NCBI GenBank assembly: GCA_951406725.2
Contig: OX597824.1
Location: 24,242,001-24,306,000, forward strand
Origin: Octopus vulgaris
Taxonomy: Eukaryota
Reading direction: 5' to 3'
Length of the DNA: 64,000 bases
Part shown: in pieces, positions 53,240 through 64,000 of the stretch
How positions within the stretch are numbered: the stretch's first letter is position 1
How the letters are laid out: every line of letters begins with the position of its first letter
Program-made: the position numbers and the translations under genes
The notes under the pieces: model-generated
Database searches by the model: none
Told to the model about the DNA's origin: nothing
What the model saw: only the letters and a program-made list of their open reading frames with translations

Positions 53240-53583
53240 AAGGTGGTGGCGGTGGTGGTATTGAGTATGTGGTAGTAAATGGTAGAATTGTTGCTGTCGC
53301 CGTTGTCGCCGCTGTTGCTATTGTTGCTGTAGTTGTTGTTGTTGTTGGTGGTGGTGGTGGTAGTGATGGTGGTGGTATGATTGTTGTTTCAGTGCAACTG
53401 TTTGTGCACTAAACTACACGTAATGCACCCAGATATTGCAGTAACTGCTGCACTATGTAACAAAATCACACAAAACATCGCCTGGCATTAAACCGAACTT
53501 TATTTCCCCTTTTCTCTCTATTTCACATCAACAACACATAAGACTTTATTGGTGTGGTTGCTCTTGTCGATGCGCTCGTTCTT

Positions 53584-53614
<31 letters not shown>

Positions 53615-53955
53615 TTGTTGCTGCTGTTGTTGCTGTTGTTGTTGTTGTTACTGTGGTGGTTGTTGTTGTGTTTGTTACTGTGGTGGTTGTTCGTGCTACA
53701 GCTTCCGGTAGTGCTACGCCTGCTGCTGCTGCTGCTGCTGTTGATGATGATGATGATGGTGGTGGGGTGGAGTTGTGGTAGGTGGTGATGGTGGAGGTGG
53801 TGATGATGATGATGAGGAGGAGGAGGAGAGGAGGAAGATTATGAAGAGAAGTAGGAGGCCGACGACGAGGATATTGATGATGACGACGATGATGATGACG
53901 ATGATGATGATGATGATGATGATGTTGATGATGATGATGGCGACGATGATGGTGA

Positions 53956-53989
<34 letters not shown>

Positions 53990-54170
53990 GGTGGTGGTGG
54001 TGGTGGTGGTGGTGGTGGTGGTGGTGATGATGATGATGACAGTCGCCATCATCACCATCATCATCATCATCATCATCATCATCCTCATCATCATCATGAT
54101 TAATGGCGATGACGACTACGATGATGATGATCGTGGTCATGATGATGACTGTGACAGCAACGACGACGAT
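51955..54170. repeat. Large compound trinucleotide region (ATT, ATC, TAG, GTT, GGT, GAT)
   Basis: Direct reading. Confidence 0.92.
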
Positions 54171-54438
54171 ACCGATGGGTAGTTTAATAAATTTCCAAAC
54201 GAGGTGAGGGTTAAAAATCAATAAATTTATTGAGTACATACATACATATATAGACACGTACACATAAGCATACATACTCGCATATATACATGCATAGATG
54301 CATATATGCATGTGTGGGCGTGTCGATATCTTCATATGTATGTGTTTGTGTGTGTGTGTGTGGAACACATACCCACACTTATGCGTGTTTGTACAAGTAA
54401 TGCTAGGACATGTATGTATATATGTGTGTATGTATGTG

Positions 54439-54525
<87 letters not shown>

Positions 54526-54526
54526 G

Positions 54527-54688
54527 TGGAGGCACATGGCCTGGTGGTTAGAGCAGCAGACTCACGGTCAAGGGATCGCGGGTTCGAATCTCAGACCGGG
54601 CGATGTGTGTGTTTATGAGCGAAGAACCTAAACTCCACGCGGCTCCGGCGGAAGGTCATGGCGAACTCCTGCTGACTCTTTCTCTCAT
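54527..54688 (+). mobile_element. SINE family D, 5' half
   Basis: Matches 34614-34790. Confidence 0.8.
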
Positions 54689-54706
54689 ATACAGACAGAC
54701 AGACAG

Positions 54707-54739
<33 letters not shown>

Positions 54740-54750
54740 TATATACATAT

Positions 54751-55437
54751 GTAAAGGACCTGGGTATCTTGGTGGATTCCTCCTTTTCGCCTTCGGCCCA
54801 GTGCGTCCATGCTGCCAACAAAGCACGCGGAATTCTATTCTTGATTCGACGGTCATTCGGAATGCTCACAGCAGCCATATTCCTACCACTCTATGTCACG
54901 CTGGTGAGACCCATATTGGAGTACGGGATTCAAGCCTCTTCTCCTTATCTCCTCAAAGACATACAGCATCTCGAAAGAGTCCAGAAGCTGGCTACCCGCA
55001 TGGTTCATGGTCTCAAGAATTTGCCTTATGAAGAAAGGCTGAAGATGCTCGACCTTTATTCTCTAGAAAAACGCTGCCGCCGTGGTGATCTCATTCTCGC
55101 TCACAACATCATAAGCGGAAAGTGTAACCTCCCGAAAGAGCTGTTCTTCACTCCTGCTCCAGATCGTCGGCTGCGGGGTCATTCCGAAAAGCTCTACCTA
55201 CGACGATTTCATCTCAATCGAAGGAGAAGAGCTTTCTCCGTCCGGGTTGCGGATCCGTGGAACAAACTGCCAGACGAGATGGTGAAGATGCCGACGACCG
55301 CTTTGTTTAAAGTCTCCCTTGACCTCAAGTGGCCTGAACTCTTTACATGAACACCACCCTGTACTTAACTCCATGTTCCCCTACATGGCCTTGCTTTTTG
55401 CTTTTGAGCCAAAAAATTAACTAACTAACTAACTAAC
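54751..55437 (+). mobile_element. CR1-group LINE 3' fragment, same family as 21772-24497
   Basis: 193-aa ORF differs from the long copy at 10 residues by manual comparison; same 3' UTR and (TAAC)n tail. Confidence 0.93.
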
Positions 55438-56085
55438 ATACATACATACACTCCTAGCAAATCACCACACTGTAACCAGAAATATCGATTATACAAGAAT
55501 ATCTCACAAAGATATTTTCCCACGTGATTGAAAATGTTTTAAGGTACGACATTCCGATGCAACATGATATTGCTAAAGCTATTTCCATTGTCAGGTATAG
55601 AAAACTGTCCTGAAAAGGGAAACTATAATATTTTCTTATATTGGTTTCAGCACAAAGAATGTTAGTAGAAGAATTCTATCAACAATCACAGCTGTGTGAT
55701 CGAGAAGCTTCCTTTCTGACCATTGCCGTTCTCTCTCAGACCTTGCTGGTTTTCAATTATCATCGATGCTTCTAGATAGGATTGTTGGCCCTCTGCACCC
55801 ATTTCTAACCCAGAGAAAATTTATTCCATATTAATCTGGCCTTTATCCTTTGTTATGTCCCGTATGGGAAGCCCTTCAGAAGCATACCAGGAGCTTGTAC
55901 TCTACTAGGATAACAGAATACTTGATGCGCAAAAAACACTACATTGCAGTAAGACTGGACTTTCTGGTGATGGCCTTTTTGCTGTCATATTAGTCTGGTT
56001 CTTACACATGACATGTCCAGTATTGGAGGCCCTATCAGAAGCTTGCCTGCCATTGACAGAGTTCTCAGGATCAGTAAGACACACA

Positions 56086-56459
56086 CATCATCATCATCAT
56101 CATCATTGTTCGACCGTGGTCGAGACAATGGAATTTACCATGCTACGCCAGACTTCACGGTCCATCATGGCATTACGGAGGTCCTGTTGCTGGATGCCTG
56201 TATCCCTGGAGATTACATCAGGATAGGAGAGTGTGCGCCCTCTGGTATTGCGAGTAGATGGCTTCCAGAGGAGAAGAGTAGAAATTACCTCTTTTTCAGC
56301 TCTACAACAATGTCCAGCAAACTGGACTCTCCTACCTTTCACAAGAGATGACACAGGTGGTAGTTTCCCATATATTTGCATTTTGGTTGGATGGCGCTTC
56401 CACGAGAGATTTTGAGCTCTCATAAGGAGGCGAGTGTAGGTTCCATCCAACCGCCTCTC
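56086..56459 (-). mobile_element. RTE-group LINE 3' end with (GAT)n tail and 10-bp TSD
   Basis: LERRLDGTYTRLLMRAQNLSWKRHPT...; TSD AAGACACACA at 56076-56085 and 56460-56469. Confidence 0.85.
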
Positions 56460-57101
56460 AAGACACACAAGTAATCACACAACACAAGGACTAGGCCCTG
56501 CGGTAGCTGGTGTTAACATGGTAACTCCCTAAAAATAGAGGAGAAATAAGACATCTATAAACCACAAAGGATAATGTTTGAAACATCCAGTACTTAAAAT
56601 ACACATTCAATTATTCTTAAAATAATCCATTACTGTTGGATCGACAAGATCCGAAAGAATCAATTCAATGAAAATACAACTAAACTTACATCGAAGCAGT
56701 AATGAACGCAGTTCCATATAGAGTTTGCCATATATGGTTCTATATAAACCCACGATATTATATATAAACACACGAACACACACACACATACACACACACA
56801 CACACATGCATGTATGCATGTCTGTAGTTATATCCATATGCATGTACGCATAGATGTTTGGAGGCATGCATATGCACATGCAAAATATTCTAATTTTTCA
56901 AATAAATCTACATTAGCAGATGCATCTATACGTCAAGTTATATATATATATATATAAATAAATTTCGGAATTGGCTGCGTATATATATATATATATAGGT
57001 ATGCATATATACACACAAATGCAACACACACAAGGACTCACTCAAACACAGACACACTCATACACAAAACAAACACACGCTCACACACACGCACGCATAT
57101 C

Positions 57102-57152
<51 letters not shown>

Positions 57153-57279
57153 GCATACATATTTATATACTTATAAATTACATATTTTAATATAAATTGC
57201 ATATATAGAGAGAGAGATTGATAGATAGATAGATATTTATTTATATTCAAATATATATATTTTAAAATATATATACATT

Positions 57280-57322
<43 letters not shown>

Positions 57323-57366
57323 TTATATATTTATGTATATATATATACATATATATATATATATGA

Positions 57367-57461
<95 letters not shown>

Positions 57462-57528
57462 TTATATCTATCTATATATATATATAGAGATATATATTCA
57501 TATATATATATGTATGTTTATATCTATA

Positions 57529-57577
<49 letters not shown>

Positions 57578-57598
57578 TTATATCTATATATATGTATA

Positions 57599-57631
<33 letters not shown>

Positions 57632-57634
57632 ATA

Positions 57635-57679
<45 letters not shown>

Positions 57680-57849
57680 CCATACTTAATACGTACATGG
57701 TATTGCTGTTGTGTCTTATTATTGCCGCCGGTGAAATCATACATCATTGCAATTGCCGCAGATGCAGACAATGTTAACAAGATCTGTTGCTATTGATAAT
57801 GCAGGCATTATCAATACTTTAACTTGAATTCATTATTCTTGTTATTATC

Positions 57850-57894
<45 letters not shown>

Positions 57895-58059
57895 TGTAGT
57901 AGTTGTTGTTGTTGTTGCTTTTTACGGGGTTGTAGAATATTCCGACATCTCCATGTTGCCGGTAACATTCTTGAAATTTGTTTTTTTCCTCCTTGCCTCT
58001 GTGTTGTAGTTGACAGATGTACCAGTTATGTACGGGGTCCCCAAATGTTTATAGATAAG

Positions 58060-58115
<56 letters not shown>

Positions 58116-58308
58116 TGTGTATAATTGTCTGTGTTTATGCCAAAAATATATTTAAAACAATTTAACATTAAACTCAAGAATTGCTTAATACATGCATATA
58201 TATATATATATATATATATACATGCCTCCAACACATATATTACATAAATGCATATATAGCACCTGCATACACACAAACAGGACACACGCACACAGATACA
58301 CATATACT

Positions 58309-58454
<146 letters not shown>

Positions 58455-58729
58455 TATAGAATCATAACTACATGCAAAATATGCATATAGAGAACGTGAA
58501 CGGTGAAATGATGTAGAAATACCCAATAAAAATTAACAACATATAATAACCAATGTCGTGAGTTTAACTTGTCTTGTACGACAGAACTTTATATAATGAA
58601 ATGCACAACGCAAAAATACAAATAACGTAATATATCATTAGTTAATGTAATATTAGAAAATCGTATGGATCGAGTCCTATGGTCAGATATTAAACATATC
58701 AGGATCACACAGAGCTTTGAGATCAACAA

Positions 58730-58973
58730 TTTCGAAGAGTGTCTGTAGTTACTCAAAATTTCAGGTTTTCGTTTGAATGCAGATTTATCGTTCTTAAACA
58801 ATGGATAATTCAAAGAATTCCAATACGATCTAAAACTGTATAGATTAGATCTTTCGAAGAGTGTCTGTAGTTACTCAAAATTTCAGATTTTCGTTTGAAT
58901 GCAGATTTATCGTTCTTAAACAATAGACAATTCTAAGAATTCCAATACGATCTAAAACTGTATAGATTAGATC
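58730..58973. repeat. Tandem duplication, two 122-bp units
   Basis: Units start at 58730 and 58852, few mismatches. Confidence 0.92.
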
Positions 58974-59306
58974 TTTCCAAGATAGACCATTTATTTTAAA
59001 AGGAACGTAACCAACTTTTCATAATTTCCATATGTGTTTTGAAAAACTCGTTGACAAACTATTCTCTGGGTATTTTTTATAAACAAATTGTTATTTTCAT
59101 GTTGTTTTCTGTAACTCCAGTGTAAGTTTTGTACGTAGGCGCATTATCAATCTGTACCTCAACCTTATAAGCAACTTCTTTGAGCTAACAATTACATTTA
59201 GACTCTAAAGATCACACTGCACTAAAATCTAGAGCAGTGTGACCTTTAGAGACCCATACAGGATTTTGTGGTTAAAATTTATCTGCAATAAATTTATTAT
59301 ACTTCT

Positions 59307-59459
59307 ATGGCTGTGTGGTAAGTAGCTTGTTTACCAACCACATGGTTCCGGTTTCAGTCCCACTGCGTGGCACCTTGGGCAAGTGTCTTCAACTATAGCC
59401 TCGGGCCGACCAAGGTCTTGTGAGTGGATTTGGTAGACGGAAACTGAAAGAAGCCCGTC

Positions 59460-59520
<61 letters not shown>

Positions 59521-59543
59521 CATACATATATATATAGATATAC

Positions 59544-59624
<81 letters not shown>

Positions 59625-59850
59625 GTGTGTTTGTATACGTTTGTGTGTCTGTGTTTGTCCCCCCAACATCGCTTGACAACGGATGCTGGTGTGTTTACGT
59701 CCCTGTAACTTAGCGGTTCAGCAAATGAAACCGATAGAATAAGTACTAGGCTTACAAAGAATAAGTCCTGAGGGTCGATTTGCTCGACTAAAGGCGGTGC
59801 TCCAGCATGGCCACAGTCAAATGACTGAAACAAGTAAAAGAGAAAAGAAA
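59307..59850 (+). mobile_element. SINE family A with expanded internal (TA)n
   Basis: Head slightly truncated; body and tail intact. Confidence 0.88.
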
Positions 59851-60229
59851 AAAATATATTTTAAGAATATATTTTATACAATTCCTCATAATATTTTTTT
59901 AAACATCGAATGTCTTTGAGGGTCGAATGGCAACGAATGAAAAAAAAAAACGGTCGGGAACCACTGATTTAGAGAACAGCAATTGGGTCTTTAAAATTAC
60001 ATTTAGGTCTGTCTTAATTCATAATGGATATCAGTTACGATAATACTCAACCGACGAAAACCGCTAAGGATTAAAATGAACAATAAAGAAGTGTAAGGGT
60101 GATAAAAGCAATATTTAACACAGGCATTGAAGCCGAAAGTTTGGTCAGGAGGAGATGATCAATTATACCATCAACCCCAGGTTTTGATTGGTCCTTTATT
60201 TCATCCAATCCACCACCCTTAGACTATTT

Positions 60230-60620
60230 TATCTTCTGCTTGTTTCAGTCAGTAGATTGTGGCCGTGCTGGAGTACTATCTTGTAGAATTTTAGTCGAAC
60301 GAATCGAACCCAGTACTTATTTTTTTTTAAAGCCCGGCATTTATTCTATCGGGGTCTTTTGCCGAAATGGTAGGTTACGAGGACGAAAAAACACCAACAC
60401 CGGTTTCAAGCGGTGGTGGGGGGAAAACACAGACATAAACACACACACACACACACACAGAGAGGCTTTTCTTCAGTTTCCGTCTGCCAAATCCACTCAC
60501 AAGGCATTGGTTGACCCGAGTCTATGGTAGAAGACACATGCACAAGATAGCACACAGTGGAACTGAACCCGGAGCCATGTGGTTGAGAAACAAACTCCTT
60601 ACCACACAGCCACGCCTTCG
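60230..60620 (-). mobile_element. Diverged SINE family A
   Basis: Collinear with 208-626. Confidence 0.7.
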
Positions 60621-61381
60621 CTTATTGGATGAGAGAAAAACAATGATTACTTACATAAATACAAAATTAAATATTTTGGGAAAGGATTAGGCGATCAACT
60701 CGACAACTAAATTTTATCGACCCCGGTGAGATAAAAGGCAAAGCTAACCCGGGCGAGATTTGAAATCAGAACGAAAAATAGCCAGCTGAAACATCACCAG
60801 GAATTTGGGCCTACATTTTAACGATTTTACTTGTCTACCGTTATAGAATGGCAGGAGTAATTGTTTCTAATTAAAAGTCAAGACCAGAAATGTTTAGTGT
60901 GTAGGGTAGTTGATTAAATCTATCACAGAACTTTACAGGTATTTATTTTATCAACAACCTCGAAAGAATTAAAGGTAAATTTGATCTAGGTGGGATTTGA
61001 ACTCAGGAAATTGAGGGGAAAAGACCACAACTCAAATGATTGTGGTAATTCACTCTGTTTAGCAATGGTTTCTGATTTAAGTTAAAGGCTGGCAATTTTA
61101 AGAGTGAAGTGAGTGGGCTAATATCATCGATTCTAGAAGTTATTTGCTACTGAACGTGCTGGACAGAAAAACTTACGTGATGAACAGAAAAACTGATCAC
61201 GGTGGTATTTGGACTCCGAAAGTAATGAACCTCAAAAAATGCCGCAAAGACTCGCAGCCTTGAGAAAGATAAGAGGACGTTAATTAAAATAGCAAAGAGA
61301 TACGGAAAAAGGGAGAATAAGAGAAAGAGGGGAGGAGAGAATGAAAGAGAGAAAGAGGGGAGGAGGGAGAGAGCCACATAG

Positions 61382-61475
<94 letters not shown>

Positions 61476-61934
61476 TGTTTCTTTATTAGCCACACAGGGC
61501 TGCATACAGACGGGACAGATTACAAAGTAGAGCTTTACTTTAGGGGAAGAAAATAAAAAAAAAAGTGGCGTAGGTTTTCGATCAAAAGGGATCGTAAAAG
61601 GGAAAGAAGAAAAAGAAGAAAAAAAAGAAAAAAACGATCAATGGGGATCGTGTATCACAGAAATGTCATGATGTAAAGTGTAAAGGGGGAAGCAGATAGG
61701 GTTTATCCGTGGAAAGAAAAGCCTACGGAAAAGACCACGGTAACCTCGGTCAATACTGTCACATGTTAACACATTTGTTTGCAAGTAGGTAACCCTCTGT
61801 TTTAAATTTTTACGGGTTCCTAGGATTATGCCCATGGTGGCTTCATCATTCATACGTGCCATCCTTGCTACATTCACCCATCTTTTTTTGAAACATTCGC
61901 TAGACAAAACTTGCCTCTCTACTCTCACTTTCCT
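61476..61934 (-). mobile_element. L1/Tx1-like LINE 3' end, copy 3, inside (GATA)n
   Basis: RKVRVERQVLSSECFKKRWVNVARMARMNDEAT; same 3' terminus; GATA at both junctions. Confidence 0.8.
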
Positions 61935-61997
<63 letters not shown>

Positions 61998-62296
61998 TGT
62001 TTCTTTATTAGCCACACAGGGCTGCACACATACAGGACAAAATTACAAGGTAGAGCTTTTCTTTTGGGGGTAAAAGAAGGGGGTTTTGTTTTCGATCAAA
62101 AGGGATCGTAAAGGGAAAGAAAGAGGACAAAAAAGGGAGGGAATAATTTTTTTTTTTAAAAAGGGGGGGATTGATCAATAGGGATCGTTATCACAGAAAT
62201 GTCAATATGAAGTGTAAAGGGGAGGACAGGTGAGGTTTACCCGTGGAAAGAAAAGCCTACGGAAAAGACCACGGTAACCTCGGTCAATGAAGTCAC
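61998..62296 (-). mobile_element. L1/Tx1-like LINE 3' end, copy 4, inside (GATA)n
   Basis: 3' UTR only; GATA at both junctions. Confidence 0.78.
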
Positions 62297-62372
<76 letters not shown>

Positions 62373-62706
62373 GAGAAGTATTTTGAGAGACAGATAGAAT
62401 GAGGAAGTTAAAAAACTAGTGAATGAGTGAGTGAGTGAGTGAGTGAGTGAATGAATGAATGAATGAAAGAGTTGACAGAAGAAAAAGGACGGAGAATAAA
62501 TATAGAGGATGCTTACTCTCCCACAAGTTACACGTGTATTATTACCAACTTGTCTGCGAGCGAGATGCGTGTGTGTGTGTGTGTATGTGTGTGTATGTGT
62601 GTGTGTGGTGTGTCATTATATGCTTCGGTGTGCGTATGACTTGCATTCGTGTCATCAGACACCAGATTGTGTAAATCTGTGTGCGTGTGTATTTGTGTGT
62701 GTGTGA

Positions 62707-62785
<79 letters not shown>

Positions 62786-63047
62786 GTAAAAGAGCAAAAA
62801 TGGGGATTGAAGGAATCCAGGCGAAGAATACCTCAGCATTGCATGCGAAAAGTCATAACCTTGAATAAGACTATGTGAAACCATAATCTTCATTTTTTTT
62901 TTTTTGCTTTCTGATTGTTATATATACATGCCCACATCCACACACATATATACATACGTGCATATATAGCACCTGCATACTCACACACATGCACAAAAGC
63001 GCACACATATACACAAACAGGACACACACGCACACACATACACATCT

Positions 63048-63280
63048 ACTCTTTTACTCTTTTTACTTGTTTTACAGTCATTTGACTGCGGCGATGCTGG
63101 AGCACCGCCTTTAGTCGAGCAAATCGACCCCCGGTACTTATTCTTTGTAAGCCCAGTACTTATTCTATTGGTCTCTTTTGCCGAACCGCTAGGTGACGGG
63201 GACGTAAACACACCAGCATCGGTTGTCAAGCAATGCTAGGGGGACAAACATAGACACACAAACACATACACACACATACA
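63048..63280 (-). mobile_element. SINE family A, 3' part
   Basis: Tail and body match. Confidence 0.85.
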
Positions 63281-63281
63281 T

Positions 63282-63462
63282 CGCCATGTTGATTCGCTAG
63301 CTTCTGCGCGCATTTTTTTCTCTCTCCTTGTTTCTCTCCGTGTTTCTTTTCTGTGTATCTTTCTGTTGAAGAGCGTAGGCTCGAAACGTAAAAGACTTGT
63401 TTTATTTATATTCCTGAGCGCCATACTAATACAATTGTTTGTTTATATTCCACCTGCCTTCG
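63282..63462 (+). mobile_element. Short hammerhead-bearing element
   Basis: cttt-CTGTTGA-a-gagc gtag gctc-GAAAC-GTA-aaag at 63359-63394. Confidence 0.6.
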
Positions 63463-63804
63463 TGCGTGTGTGTGTGTGTGAACGCACGCGCCCACACTCA
63501 AGTACGCTTGCGCGCAAACTCATTCGAAGACAGACATAATCTCAGTTAGATCTAGAGAGATAGCTAAACAAGCATGTGTGTGTGTGTGTGCATGCAAGTG
63601 TGTGTGAGTGCATGAATGCGTCTGTATGCTTATATACGTATTTATGTCTGCATGTATATATGTAAAGTATGTATTGAAGTTTCTTATTACGTATGTATGC
63701 ATTTATGAACGTACGAATGTGTGTATTTATGTATATTTTTATATATATATACGAATATATATATATATATATAAATATAAATATATATAAATATATATAT
63801 ATAC

Positions 63805-63957
<153 letters not shown>

Positions 63958-64000
63958 CACATAACAAATGCAGCATGGAAGGTGTTTATAAGCCAATTAA

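Noticed and set aside
55600-56075. Possible decayed LINE endonuclease region on the minus strand
   Set aside because: Only faint motif hints; cannot be supported without a profile search

Overview
Very AT-rich, microsatellite-saturated eukaryotic DNA with no confidently identifiable host gene. The repeat complement (tRNA-derived CORE/V/Meta-like SINEs, CR1, RTE, R4/Dong, Tx1-like and Penelope-like retroelements, short Helitrons) suggests an intron or intergenic region of a coleoid cephalopod, probably Octopus (inference). Almost all ORFs in the track are translated microsatellites or SINEs; the only long real ORF is a 5'-truncated CR1-type LINE ORF2 (21848-24497, minus, one premature stop). 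The most interesting signal is an apparent partitioning of microsatellite classes among retroelements: an L1/Tx1-like family whose four copies sit precisely inside (GATA)n arrays, two R4/Dong families plus an unclassified 556-bp element stacked in one (TAA)n array, RTE 3' ends in (TG)n, and Penelope-like pieces in (TA)n carrying minimal hammerhead ribozyme motifs with variant cores. Two abundant SINEs share 3' tails with LINE ends present in the window, SINE modules are visibly shuffled, and several long local inverted duplications lie next to Penelope-like ends. All calls are by eye; no database search was run.
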